From positions 124,001 through 188,000 of the forward strand of contig JAAILG010000030.1 in NCBI GenBank assembly GCA_012026655.1: a DNA stretch of 64,000 nt. Direction: 5' to 3'. Positions 12,362-26,847 of this stretch are shown here, piece by piece. How positions within the stretch are numbered: position 1 is the stretch's first letter; every line of letters starts with the position of its first letter. The position numbers and the translations under genes are program-made. Source of the DNA: Hydrolagus affinis. Lineage: Eukaryota. The notes under the pieces were generated by a model that ran no database searches, had not been told where the DNA came from, and saw only the letters and a program-made list of their open reading frames with translations.

Positions 12362-15300
12362 GTGGGTCCATGTCATTTCTTTAATACTTTTGCAATAATT
12401 CTGTGTTGTTTTGTGAGTTAATTCAAACTATAGAGCCTTTACTGAGAGCTAAACTGTAGGGCATTATGTGGAACTGCTCTTCAGTTGGAAAAACATTAAT
12501 ATAGTAAAGGCAAAATCCTTCATGGCTATGTTAAAAATACTGGAATATATTAAATACTGCTCTATAATCCCCACTTATCAAGCTTTTTGAAGAACTCTGC
12601 ACTTCAATTCCTGTTTTTAATTTATAAATATAAATTCAGCTCAGAGCAGCCTTAAGTCCCGAATAATTCATAAATCCACGCGTTTCCAAGTCTCTCCCCC
12701 CACCCAACCCCCCTGACACAAACCAGAAGTAACACAGTGGCTAAAACACAATCTGCAGTGTCAGCTGTGCCAACAGTCTGTCAAATGTGATAGTATTGGT
12801 CCTGCAGCTTGATCCTATTTGGTTCAGTCTTGACCATTTTACCCAAGGCTTCTGCTGCTGCAAGTGCTAATCACTCCATAACACAAAACCAATGACCATA
12901 GAATGAGGGATGTTGAGGGTGGAGCTGTCCCTAGAAGGGTGACTCTTGATTATAATACTGGACAAGACAGGCATGAAAACAGCCCGAGTCCAGATATTTT
13001 GACCTCCAGGAGACGGCTCGAATTATAAACCAAGTCATTAAATGTGGCCAAGTCACTTTTGCTGTGATAAATGTAGACAATGTACTGTACTCTAAAATGG
13101 CATTTAGCTAGCAAATTACTACCAACATTTTAGTATAATAGCCGCAACCAAGATACTTGCTGTGTTGAAGCCAGACAACCCTGTTATAATGTAATCACCT
13201 GGATCCAATGCCCTGTGTTATAACAAAGCTTGGAAAAATATCCAACTTCCCGGTTATCAGGGTATCACTGATATCACTTCCTGTGTGTTATGCCACGCAT
13301 TCTTCTGACACAATTTTCAACCAATTATAAGGTGCAATGTCAGATACAAAGATTATTATTACAATAAAAAAGTATGAGAATTATACTTTAGCAGAAAATG
13401 ATGCGTTTGCAAAAACATGCTGTATGCCTGCTTAATGATCTTAAATAGCCAGACACAAATACATTTTGTCATTCCACCAAGTGGATTTTTTCAGCCATAA
13501 TTGTAATTAGTTTTTCTTACCTCCCCCACTCCCTTTACACAAATGACATTGGAAATTCTGAATAGTTCAGAATTATCTCCATATGTTATTGATAGTTATG
13601 AAATGCAGAGTAAGTAGGAAGGCCGAAATGGATAAAGCCTTTTTAAGACATTTGTGATTGAAGATTGATTGCGTTGCATTTGGTTATTTCTTTACCATTT
13701 GGAAATCATTCACTCTTATATGACAAGAATTGCTACTTTTAAAAATGAAGTATTAGTCCACACAGCAAAAGTTATTAATGTATTATGATGTTGACTGGCA
13801 GAACTGACAAATTGGAAGCATTACATTTAAAGGAGTAGTTCCATTCCTTGTAACAAGATTTACAGTGTGTGTTATTGTGTATTCAAAGTCTTGCAAATGA
13901 AGCTGATGGCTTTACTTTAAGCACCATTAATTGATTGCTTTCAGCTGAGACTCGCATGGAGGACTATGTATTATTGTCCTAAATGGATTTCTACACAGTC
14001 TTAGAGTTGTCATTTATTTATTTATTGTTTAATTTTTAAGTAGTCATGTTTTAAGTATAGTTTTAGTGCTTTATCAACTTTTAGTGCTAAATGAACTGTA
14101 AATTGGCAGCATTTGGTTGGGTGAAATAAGAGCAGATTTATTTTTACAGCTTTGTCTTTGTGGCCATGTACGTACTTGACGATCCAGTGTCCTTGTGACT
14201 TATCTGATTAGATTTCATAGAGTGAAAAAGTTCACTGGCCCCATGATGAAAGTAAACAATTCGACAGCATATTGAAAAGGAGAATTTGTGGGCATCAAAG
14301 TGGGAATATCGGAGCAACCAAGTGCCTTTTAACTGGAGTTAACATGCTGATAGCTTGTCACATGGATAACAAGCTATCAGAATGAAAAGCATATACAGTA
14401 TAATGAAAATAAGAAAGGAGACAAATAATGAGGTCAAACTTCCTTCTCTGTTTGAATAGTGTTAAGGGATCGATAATGTCCATCTTATAAGATAGATAGG
14501 ACCTTACCTTGGTCATCCATCTGAAATACAGCATCTTCAACAATGTAGCACCTCCCTCATTGGCTACCATAAAAGAGTTGATGTCTTGTGCATCTGTATT
14601 TACGGCTGGAGTACAAATACAAATCTCCATTTATTCAGCGCCTTTCATTTTGGGAGGAGATCCCAAGGGATCTCCTCCCAAACTGGAGCCAAAGGAGGGT
14701 GGGTACGGGAAAGATGACCGAAAGCATGATCAAAGAGGTGTAGGTCTTGAGATGGAATATTTCTAGAAATCAACTATTGGAATTGAGTATTTTCTACAGG
14801 ATGCTTCTTTGCTTTCTTCCTAATTAATAGGATCACAACCAAAGTGTTAGAATTCTGCCCCAAACATACACAACAAACGCCTGAATTTGCTGAATATGTA
14901 CATTAAAAACACAGCAGCAACAGATCATATTCCTGAGATGCTGATCCTTACTCATCTGATCCCCCTGAGTGATCAGGCGTGTGTGGTAAAGAACCTTGAT
15001 CAGGTTTTGCCCTGTCTGGAATCAAACTCAGGTCTCTCACTTGTGAGTTGAGTGTTCTAACCACTGAGCTACGGGACAATCACCTATAAAATCGCTGAAT
15101 TAATGTTGCTATAATTTCTTACCTCAATTTTGTTGCTGTTAAAAGTGCCTAATGCCATCGGTAAACTCATGCAATTGCATAGGGGCCTGAGGCAGTGAGC
15201 CCCCTACTGTCGTAAAAACCCATTGAAATCACCTTCCCACCAACCTAGATGGAGGTATCCCAGTGTACTGGATACCTCACCACAGATAATCTGAAACCCG

Positions 15301-15966
15301 TCCGCACCCAAAACCAGCCCCATGCCACTAGGGTGAAATATCCACCCACGAAGTTTGGTCACCTCAATGGTGTGCTAAGGCACTATATCAACTGCAAGTT
15401 TTATTATTACTATTCATTTGCTAATATTGCAGACATATAGTGGATAGCACTTATGATCTTATTCATACAGTATATACATTGACCTTTGCTTAACATTATC
15501 AAACACTGCTGATAACTGGTAACCTTGGGATAAATTGTTTAAACGTGTGAACGCTTAAATACTTCTCTTCTGCCCTGTAGTATCCGGAAAATAATTTTTG
15601 AAATGTCCATGTTTAAAAGTGTGAAATAAGTACTTAAAACATCAAACCTGGCAAAAAGTAACTTATATTCATCAAAAGACATGTTGACAAACATAATTCA
15701 TAAAGACTACTCCAGAATTTATGCTCCCAGGAAAATATGCTGGGCACACATTAGGCAGTGATCCAGTGTTCATTTTTGCATAACTTGACTCTGTTTTATG
15801 TATTTCTTCTCTTTCAAATCTTTGATCTAAAAAACAAGTACTGTAACAAGTTCAAGGATGTAGTGAAGGTGGTTTAAACCTCAGAGGAAATATCCGTTCC
15901 TGATGTATCATTTCTGTAAACTTTTGGAATTTGCTACTTGATAAAGTTTAATCTATACAAATGCTA

Positions 15967-16072
15967 TAATAATAATCCTTGCATTTGATACAGCGCTTTT
16001 CACATCTTATTGACGTCTCAAAGCGCTTCACAGAATATACTGTAAAGTGAATTGACTGTATATTTGTGGGCT
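15967..16072 (-). mobile_element. 5'-truncated young SINE (tail portion)
   Basis: aataataatccttgcatttgatacagcgcttttcac...aagcgcttcacagaatatactgtaaagtgaattgactg; similar pieces near 5190, 18697, 55416, 57645 (-) and 56115, 60505 (+). Confidence 0.8.
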
Positions 16073-16930
16073 ATACCATAGGCACACATTTAGTAATTTA
16101 GTTGTGAATGTTAACTGTAACTGCATTGATCATTAGCTGCATGCGATGCATTAGGGGCAAATATATTTTACCCCACACTTCTACACCCATTTGGTGGATG
16201 TGAATGAAGCAAACAAATCACTTAAACAAAATAAATCCTATTGTGCCACTTAGATTTGTGACTATGCAACTCTAAATTAATGTATGCATGGTCTACTTTC
16301 AGGTCTGTGCATCAGATTTTTATTTCTTGTCACGTAGTGGCAATAAATATGAATAATGTAGAATTACGCTGTGCTCATACAGGATATATGTTAAAATCTT
16401 GTAAATTTTCAGTGTGCTGCATGCAGGCCTGGATGTTGAATAGGTCATAGGTTGCAAGCTGAATTAAATTGTCACGAAATGCCAATCATCCAAATTTTAC
16501 AGAGATGGCAACCAGTGCTGACACAGCTTAACTGGTGCTTTGTGAGAGATTAATCTTCAGCTAAATTACAATTTTATTTCTTTTGACATCTTAACTAATT
16601 AGTTTTTTTTAAAGTGTTGTGTATTAAATAAGGAAAGGCATGGACTCCTCATTTTCTTCACAGGTTTTCTGGCCACCTTCAATCAATAACCATATTCAAG
16701 CCTGTGCTTCTATCCTCAGATGCTGTTGCTCTCAGTGCATATGTGCTTCATGATCATCATCGATGCAATTTCAATTTCAAGGTGTTTTTTTTGTCTGCTG
16801 CTCTTACTGTGCAGCAGGCAAAACTGGACTCCAAAGTTCATATCATCTACAAAAGGTCAACAGTGGAAATGGTTTAAATTTTCGGTTATTTTTCCTTTGT
16901 TGTGTGTTATAAAAGTTCCATGGATTTAGA

Positions 16931-17090
16931 TGTCAGCTGGGCTCAGCCGGTAGCACTCCCATCTCTAGGTCAGAAGGGGATGGCTTCAAGCTCCACGTCA
17001 GGGTTCTGAAATCATAATAGGCTGATAGGCCATTGTAGTTCTGGGGGACAGCTGGACGGTTCAGAGTGCTGTGCTTCAGGTGAAACGTTT
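16931..17090 (+). mobile_element. Old DeuSINE 5' part
   Basis: tgtcagctgggctcagccggtagcactc...ggtcagaagg...gcttcaagc. Confidence 0.6.
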
Positions 17091-17225
17091 CCTTGATTAT
17101 AATTTTCATCTAGTGCAATGGATTTGTCTTTGGTGCTCCCAAAAAGTTCTTTGTCAGAAATGATTTTGAGTTAAATGATTTCTCCATTTGAAAGTAAACA
17201 GATGACTGGTCTGTCTTGCCACTAG

Positions 17226-17352
17226 GATATTGTACAAGTCAGTGGTGAGATTTCTGAATATGTTCAGCAAATTGGCAATTACCAGGGGATGGTGCACAAG
17301 ATGAACGCTGAATTATCTGCCATTACAGAACAAAAAAATAACAGCATTAAAG
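17226..17352 (+). CDS. PMFBP1: PMFBP1-like exon 5 (127 nt, phase 0-1); not in ORF track
   Basis: ccactag|GAT ... AAAG|gtaata; DIVQVSGEISEYVQQIGNYQGMVHKMNAELSAITEQKNNSIK; phase matches next exon. Confidence 0.83.
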
Positions 17353-18446
17353 GTAATATAAAAACTATTTGATTATAAATGAGCTACTGTGGAATCATGC
17401 AAACGTCTAATTTTGGAGAAAAAAAAATCTCATGTTATTTGCCTTTTATAAGATTTTTATTCAAAAAGGTTGCTTAACTAATTTTTAAAATAATCTTAAT
17501 TTGAAGTTAGATACAGTACATGATCACACAATTCTTGCTATATATATATGAATTATTTGGGATTACTGGAGACTGTAAATGTTCCTTTGGAAAGAAAGGC
17601 CATCTTCAAACTGATTCTGACCATGTTTAAATAAACCCCTTTGGCCCTCAATCTAGCTTGAAAAGTCTTCTTGTAAATTGTTCTGGTAGTTGGTGAAACA
17701 TATTTGCATAGCTGGAGACATCCTAATCCTATAGAAGAATTATGGATGTCTTGTTAAGATTTCCATTTGCTTTAAGAAAGAGGAGGGTCTTTTCTTCCTT
17801 TGTAAGAGTAAGAGAAAGCAGTTTCCTACAGTCAAGTGACATTTGTATACCAGGTGTCATCGGCAGATGTATTATTGTTGAAAATCATCTTGCGTTACTG
17901 AATTCCCAAAGCCACACATGAAGACAAATACAAAGGCTAATATCCTAATTTATGTCTTCAAATAGATAAGACCCTTCATTAGAGAACAATGATTGCTTGT
18001 AATTAGGAGAGGGATCATTAAATTCTGGTGACCCTATTTGCAAAGAGCGAGGCATTAATATGTGGTAAAAATCAGCATTCCTAAAATGAACTGTGGCCAC
18101 AGCCACATCTTGACAGTTATGTTATCTTTGTACTAATGGTCACAATGTCTTTTGCTGGAATGCAGGAGCTCAAACTGATTAAAGGTCTCAGCTGCTCCTT
18201 ATGGTATAATCAGTGCTCTATCCATTATTCTAACGTAAAATATGCTAGAATATTCATTACAACCATAGTAATCAACCTTTTTCTATTAAAATACTTGACT
18301 ATTTATAGTCATTTGTGAAAGCAGCATGGAAATCAGGAACATGGAACAAAATAGGTAGCTCAGAATAACCCCAATAAATCATTATTAATTTTCATCAAAT
18401 TTACCAATGACACACAGTAATATTTGAACTTAAATTGCATTTAAAG

Positions 18447-18604
18447 ATGTGGCAAGGTTGGAGAAGGTTGTCCAAAACCTGCAGCTTGAAGTGGCCTCTG
18501 AGGGGCAAAAACACAAAATAGAGTCAGCTGAAATGGAACAACACATTAAGCGATTGGAAAATGACCTCCGCAACTGTCGCAAGTCTTGTATGCAGCAAGA
18601 AGAG
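18447..18604 (+). CDS. PMFBP1: PMFBP1-like exon 6 (158 nt, phase 1-0); not in ORF track
   Basis: tttaaag|AT ... GAG|gtgagc; (D)VARLEKVVQNLQLEVASEGQKHKIESAEMEQHIKRLENDLRNCRKSCMQQEE. Confidence 0.87.
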
Positions 18605-20180
18605 GTGAGCAGTTAAAGGACAGGTTCACAAAGGTTCATATTGCTGATGGTTTCATCTTAATGTATATTCCTAAATAACATGTAACTTATCTTGTAATAA
18701 TAATAATCTTCACATTTGATTGAGCGCTTTATCACATCGTCGAGGCGTCTCAAAGCGCTTCACACAATATATTTTAAAGTATAGTTACTGCATATTTTAT
18801 GGACAAAACATGGCAGCTAGTGTTTAACAAAAAGGATTTCATGTTGAAACTTCAATCTGTCTATTTATTGCCATGCATAGATGTAAAGTTCCAGTCAGAA
18901 GAGGTTCAAAGGAATAGACTACACCCCAAAGGCAACATTTTCTCCCCATGCATTACGAATGAGGGGGAAATTATGCTTGTGGCACTGAGTGTTTTGATTA
19001 GGCCAATTCCTGGAATACCAAGCTCATATGTAAATGTATCCAGGATTCTATCTGCCTTATCAATGTGTATTTCCCAAGAACATGCCCTCTCCTGAGAGTT
19101 GTTCTAATCCAACTTCTGCCAGCAAACGAATTGATTGCCTGTCTAATGATGTGGAAAAAGTCGTTAGCAATTTAGCGTAAACAATGGTCAAAACTGATAC
19201 TGGCTAGAGGCAAATTTGTGACTAATTCCCGGCGTGAAATTTTCCTATTTAGAATGATTGGCAATGAGCAGCAATGCGATGGAACATATAATTATCACTT
19301 ACACTTCTTAAATTTTATATATATATTTTTTTGAAACACACTAAAACAATTGAATTTTGTTCTAATTAGATAAAATACAATGAGTGTCTAAGAATATTAT
19401 GTGTCAGAGGCAGACTCGACGTTATTGTAAACAAAGCTTGTCCTGGGGAAAGTGCAGGCAACTGGGATTTAAATACTGTACGTCAGAGTTAGTCACAAGT
19501 GGGCTTAAACTTTATTTCAATACTTTTGCTGCTTAAATATTTCATGACCCAAAACAACATTAATAATTTGTTGTGGAAACAAATTTAGTATTTAAAGTGA
19601 AAACCTTACAAGGTTTCTTTTTCAGGAATGAAAGTTACCTACAATTTTTCTTAACACCACTTTAAAGGAGCAGAACCTAAGAACATGATTACATTAAATA
19701 TACTGCAGAATTTTATCCTTCTGTTTCAGCAAATCCAGTCTCTTGATCAAGCTGGTTTTGTGGTGTAAATTATAGCCTAGTGTAGATAAATATTGTTTTA
19801 AAAAAGGACTCACTCTCTTTTTGAAGCAAGCAATGAGTTATTCCAAAATATTAGTTTGAAACCCTGCCAATAAAGTTTGTAAAATTGCTGCTTCTAGCAA
19901 TCATTGATCCATATTTCAGGGCCATAAGTTACATCTGAAGCTAAGAATCTTTATCATAGGCCTATAGCTTTATTCCTAATAATTCAGCTCTTCTGGGATG
20001 AATGTGGCGTTTGAAGCTATGTATTCATTTTGATCTTTCTGTTTTTAGCCTCTAATGTGGCCTCTGATGGGTATTATCAACTTCTGATCTGAGTGATTAA
20101 GTATAGGTTTTGGGCCCCTTGAATAATGCCCTTAGAAGTGAATTTGCACTCTTACTTACTCTCCTTGGTTTCGTCCAAAG

Positions 20181-20427
20181 GCAATACAGAAGAGAGATGA
20201 CCTCTTGAGGAAGTCCGAGGCAGACCTGCTCCAGGCCCGTGATAGAATCAAAGGGAAGGCAGCAGAAATCGAGAAGCAGAGCACTGTGGTAAAATACCTG
20301 GAGATGGAGCTTCAGAGACATAAGAAGGAAAAGCAACAAAAAGAGAATGAAAATACTTCCCTCAAGGCTGAGATACAGCGGCTGAAACAGGAGCTGCAAG
20401 AGGCCAACAAGCAGTGCAGACAATCGG
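20181..20427 (+). CDS. PMFBP1: PMFBP1-like exon 7 (247 nt, phase 0-1)
   Basis: tccaaag|GCA ... TCGG|gtaagg; AIQKRDDLLRKSEADLLQARDRIKGK...EANKQCRQS. Confidence 0.9.
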
Positions 20428-23400
20428 GTAAGGCTTGCAGGAAATAACTCGTACACCCTGAAAAAAAATATATGTTATATATATATACAGTATATATATA
20501 TACCTGATCAAGACTTAAAATAGAAAATATCCTAGTTTATTAATGTGAAAAAAAATCTGGGGTTAAAAATATATTAACATGAAATTTATAATGTTTGGAA
20601 TGGAAAATCTATTTCCCTGAAATTTCCATGTATAATTTCAGACTCAACAAGACTTGAAAAGATTGTTCAATTTTGTTTTGCGTTCATTGAATTACCTTAT
20701 AATATTGCGAAAGCAATATTGATAACGCCCGCCATACAAGTGATATGATGGATTTGCTGGCATCACAAATACTTGTCATTTCCCGATTGTAAGATGTAAC
20801 CTGCCTCGGGAGTTCCTGCCAATTTGGTATTGATTTTCTCTACAGAGATTCACAAACTGAAGAATACTGCAGCAAAGATACTCGGAGGTAGCCTCGAGTA
20901 ACATCAGCCTTTAGTTGCTGTAGGCACACTTTCACCTCGTACAACTTCCCAATTGAAAATGAAAGTATCTGTAACACAAAATGGATGTGTTGATATACAA
21001 TTCAATTGTTCACCAAAGTTCTTACATACTTTTGCAGGGTATTTTGTTCTATGTCCAACACTCAAAGTTACATTGGGGGATATTAATGCAACAATCGGTG
21101 GCAGGATACTAACATTATAAGGCACGGGTCAATAAAGTAAGATGCAGTCCTCAGTCCTCACTCCAAAGAGTGTTGTTAGCTATGCCTCAAGCCTCTATGT
21201 CTCTTTGAGAACCTCTTTACTTCCTCTCCCTTTAAAACGTGCTATCGAAGTACAAGTTGCTTTAACTTATGGCCCTAAGAGTCAGTTGTGTGAAACACTT
21301 GTGGGTGTTATATATGCTGGTATGAGCATTAATTTCCATTCAGGTAACTGGTCACTATTTTCACAGGTCAACCACTGAGTTTTGGAACTCTCTGGAGTCT
21401 CAGAAAGTCCCAACTATGAGTTCTTTATAGAAGCAGAGGCTTTGTCTGTGACTGGCTCCACCACATTACCCTGAAGTAATAACAGTTTCTCAGTGTATGG
21501 ACACTCTATTCGATGTGGTCTAAATTGGCAATTAATAACTGTGATCTACTGTGGTAATTAATACTCCAGGAATCCACAAATGGTGAAACTCTTGCCAACA
21601 TTTGATGCGGTGTTGATTAAAATGAAGGAAAAGTAATCTATAGATTGACTTTGAAGTCCTGGGAAAATACAAGCATTTCTGTTTCATACGGGATGATCCA
21701 AAATCTGATGCAGAGAAAAACTTCAAAGTATCTTTCAGCATAAATCTGCCCACTCTACTTTGTATTTTGTCCACCCTACATTTGTCGAAGAACACTATTC
21801 GTACAAGCTGAATCTTGCAGGAATGCATCCAGCTGTCTAGCAGCTAAAAGTTATTTGCGATTTCTTTAATCTGTTTGAGATATTTCCTTTCATCAATACA
21901 ATATGTGATATGTTTGGCAAGAGGCACAGTAAGAAGACTGCAACTATCAGCCTCAGTTCATTTCTGCAGAAAAGTGATATTTTTAAAGGTTTTGTACTAA
22001 TGAGATTGCATCATAACCCGGAGCTCAGTTTATCATAAATAATCAGTTTGCTATAAAACACATAATTTAAGCAAACATTGATAATCCTTAATAATCAAGA
22101 TAATTCTCCTTGATAATCAGAAATATATATTCCCGTTTGAACTGTTTTGATGTTAACTACCACCTTATTTAGTCTGTAGGGAATTCATTATAGAAATGAA
22201 TTTGTTGTATGTGTTCTACTTTGCATTTACCTTAACTGCAAAGAAAATTTTGTTTTTCTCGAATCAATCAAAACTATTTTAAGCAACTTTTCAAAGTCAT
22301 GCTTAAAAAATAATTCGCTGGGCAAAAGGTTTTCAAAAGTTAGTGAGGTGAGAAACTCAAAATTAAACATGTCGGGATATGTTTTGGTATGAGACTAAGG
22401 TTGTGACTGATAAAATGTTTCCGTTAATTACCCTTTATGTATTCCTCAGTAGATACCTTTTAATCTTGGAATTTTGATAAGTTAACCCCTAGAAATGACT
22501 TGTTAATGCGTTCCTTGCGTTTCCCTTTAGATGATTTAGCATCTTTTTTTCCCTTTTTAGAATATCCATTTACAGTTTAACCATAAAAGTGCAATGCTTG
22601 TAAATAAGAGTGTTCGTTATAACAGAATACTATTTTGTACCCTATTCTCTATGGTAGTGATGGCAAAGGCAACAGAGGGTTAAGAATTGTATTCCATCTT
22701 TTGTAAGACCATAATCTAGGGTTGAAGTTACAATCTCCAAAAGTCCCATGTTGTGTGTTGAGCACATTGTGGTTACCCTAGTAACACTACAGTAAAAAAT
22801 ATTTATGCTGTATTTTGACTGCTGCAGATCTAATCTCACAGAACGTCAAAGTATAATTTATTTTTCATTTCTGTTCCATGTTACCTCATTTCATTATGCT
22901 ATCTTGTGCCAATTATCCTCCTATCCAAGGAACGAGGAGTAATTTGCTCCCAGATTAGTAACTAATGATGCATGGTAACGAATTGGCATTGCAGAAATGG
23001 GGCCCAAAGTGACTCATTTGACAGTTTTTGCTCCATTCCTTTCCTTCCTCCTTGGGGAAAAGGTTCTACTCAGTTCTTCTCTTGCCATGTTAGCCTCGAC
23101 AGAGGGTATTACATATGCAGATTACTGGATGTGAAACTCTGACCTCATCACTCTTCAGGTGCAAATCGTTGGTTTTAAGTCTGCGAGGCCACTCGACCTG
23201 TTTGCCCCAAGCTTTAGTAATTATTGATGGTGTGCATATGTAAATTTCACATGCAGGTGACCTATTAGAAGTAGTTTTCCTGTGCGGTTGCAGAAAAACA
23301 CACAAATCAGATGATGACTTATTTACCCAATTGTGAAGACTTCCCATTGTTATCCTTTATCTTATCCTTGTCAAAAAATGTCATGTTCTGCGTCATTTGC

Positions 23401-25653
23401 GTCTTAAAAGGTGTCAGATTGATATCATTCTTAAACCTTGAAATTGTTTGCAAAAAAATGTATATGATGCAAGCTGCCAAAGATGAAAGCATGCATTCAG
23501 ACATAAAGCAGACACCTTCAGATTACTTGTTATCAATAGAATTTAAGTAATAATAACGTTAAAGAACAGATCTTTATCCAGTTGGCTATTCTAACATAAA
23601 CTATGTAATGTGTAGTGGCTGGATTTATAGGTGAAATGGCAACAGTTTGTGGTACAGTCGTGTTTTGCTTATAGCCACGAGTGAATGATCTGTTTTTTTC
23701 TAGAGGATTGTTGGACAGGACAGTGGGTGAAACTCACCTCTGTTTTCAAGTAGTGCCATAAGATCTTTAACATCAGCTGGAATAGGCAGACGGGAAATTT
23801 GGTGTTGACTCTGCTGTAGAATCTCATAGTTTGATTGGTAATTTGCACAAATTGATTTATTTTACATTAAAAAGATGATAGATTAATGAGAATAGATAAT
23901 CTTGTTAGGAAAGTATATTGAATCTGATGTATTATAATATAAATTCATAACCATATTCTTGTTTGAAATTGCAAAACAACAAATTTCTTGCCTGGAGTGA
24001 TATGGCGTCTTAGTCGATTATTGAAACTCAGATAATCTAGCCTAGGAGTAAATTTTGCAAAAGAGTAGCATACCATTTGCTTTCGATGCATTAGAGTAAA
24101 TAAACTAAAATGTGATTGCATGAATGGTGCATTTAGAAAATGCTTTTGTCTAATAAAAGAATAAGATTATTCTTAGTATAATATTTTGTTAAACTGGAAA
24201 CCAGGCTAATTGTGTTTTTATTAGTCATTGTAGGTGCCATGAAGCAGTAATTGTCCCCCAAATTTTTATATCAATGCAAAATAGCTCACTTAACTTAATA
24301 AATGTGCATTTATTTGTCAGAAAGGATCTGAAAATCTATTGAACTTTATGAAACTCATAATAAATAAATATGCTTTTTGTTTTCATCTTGCTTGTTTATT
24401 TCAGCAACTTTAAACAGGTGATAATGACCATTCCATAGTTAAACAAAGTAATAAAATAAGACCTTACAGTTTCCAAGGAGATTTCTGTTAATCTTCTGTG
24501 GAAACTGTAAATTTCAATGCAAACGTATACTTTAAAAATAATATTAGCAGCTCACAGAATGCTTGAGATGAAAGATTAAAATACAGCTTGGACATCTGTT
24601 CTCCCTTAGCTTATTTGTTTAGTACAGTATTTGCTTATGTCTAAATAAGTGAAGCTGTTAGAATATGAATGCACACTAGTGGTGCTTCACTTACTTGTCT
24701 GCCTTGAATGTACACAAAACACATTCCTTTGCCCCCCTTGCCACTTTTCACTAAAGGTTCTCCCTTTTGTATCTTTGACCTGTCTTTGTCAAAACAACTG
24801 AAAAGCAAAATAAGTTGCGTTTACCAATTGTTGAATTGTTGTAACCGTTCTCAATATTAATGGCTTTACATCTCAAAGCTTTGGTGATTTCGACCTGCAG
24901 TGTCTTTGTTACCAAACCACATTTATCAGTTATACATTACGGAGATACGGCAGCTCTTAACCTTTTGCCTACAATCATAAATGTCCTTTGCTGTATTGCA
25001 AATCTAGCATTGCCTCAGGCAATGAATTGATGGACCTTTTTATTTCTTACTATCTAGCCCTGCTAACAAGGGATGGGATTTTGGAGCTTATTAAAGCTAC
25101 CCATGGGGAGAGCTCAATCCTTAACAGACCTTTGAGACTTTATTTTTTTTTAAAAAAAGCTTTAGCAGTTTTGAGTTCCTGTTTTAATTTCATTCACTTT
25201 GTTTTTCCAAGTTCAATTTATTTAGATGAGTTTAACTACACAAGTAACCACACATGATCAATGTTAAGACACATATGAGGACTATTTGATTCCTTCAAAA
25301 GCAGACAATATTGTTCAAAAATCAATATCTTACAAGAGAAGTGCTTCACACTCTGTCCATATATCTCAGTCCTACTGGATGTTTTGCCCGACTAACGATT
25401 TTTCCCTGTGGGCCATATCTTTCCCGCCCGGCTGTACAAAGGCACTATTTTATTATTACGCCCCCAGGAGGAGGAGTGGAAATGGAGTAAACGGGGAATT
25501 TTTCTGCTTCTACGTAACCTTTCGATTAAATTTTTTGATCCATCAACGGAGATTTATGAGCCGGGCAAGTTCAGTAACTGTCTGCTGTAACGCCTCCTTT
25601 GGGAGCTGAGGTGGTTGGAGGAGAACCTCATTACTGAAGTGAAACAGCAGCAG

Positions 25654-25673
25654 CTGACACCCCCTGTTGGTGG
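25654..25673 (-). promoter_or_regulatory. Candidate CTCF site
   Basis: rc CCACCAACAGGGGGTGTCAG is close to the CCASYAGRKGGCRS core; motif match only. Confidence 0.45.
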
Positions 25674-26847
25674 TTTAAACTGTTCACATAGCATGTGCGT
25701 TACATATCTGTTCCTAATCAATTTCTAGATCACACAGCACATCACTTTGGAAATGAATCCTGCACAAACCCTATTGCCTGCAATGGACAAGCGTAGGAAA
25801 CACCACCATAAAATGTTTTGTATTTTCTCTTAGAAATGCTACGTTTAATTTATCCGTCTGAACAAAAGCAAATTTCAAACCTCATCTTGAATTATAGCTT
25901 CAGTTTAAGTCAGGTTAATAATCACAGTAATTCCTTTTCTTTTTTCTACCGCAATTTTGTTTTATTAAATTGACGATCATTCTAAATCTAGATCAGCAAA
26001 TTCAGATTAATTAATTCGGCCAAAATTATGTGAAATAGAAAATGTTATTCTTTAAAACAGCAATATTTAAAACAGTTTTATTATTTAAAACTTTATATAA
26101 AATGTTGAATGATTGATGGCTCCTGAACCAAGTTCCTTAGAATACAACAGTCCAGACAGTTATTGTACAACTGGCTGATCCAACTTCACTGTACTGTAGA
26201 GGCTTGTCACTGTTTTGATTATTTGTGATTTTCATAGGGTTCAATTAACTGGAATAGTTAAGCAAGGTCTGATCTGCTTATCACATAGTATGTTATACAT
26301 TGACAGCAGGCATTCCATTAAGCTGGTATCTCGTGTACAAATTTGTCGCAGTTTAGAAGGGAGATAGTCAAACTATTCATACTTATTAATATCTTAACTA
26401 CTATTAATTATTCAAGAAAGCTATTACATTCTATGAAAGTGATAACATTTTAATAATAGGATATTATTTAATATTAATATATCGTATACAGGTTATATAT
26501 TCACGTTAACTAATGTTATTCAAACAGGGAAGTACAGTGTTTATAAAAGATGCTGTCACAAATTATGTTTTCTTGTGCCAATGTCCACTTAAGAACAAAA
26601 TTAGTGTATTAAGTATTTTTAAGAGACTGCCTGTGTCGCTTGATTACATTTGTGACCGTATATGTAAAAGTCTAACATAGCAGGCGAAATCTATGGTTCC
26701 CAAAATATTAAATTGACAAATTATGATGACATTTTGCTGATTTTAAATATTTATGGGGCAAACTTCTTGGAAAACAGCAAAATTATTGAATAAAGTAGAT
26801 AATGTGGGAACACTGGAGCCTTGGGATAAATATTGGTCAAGTTATAA

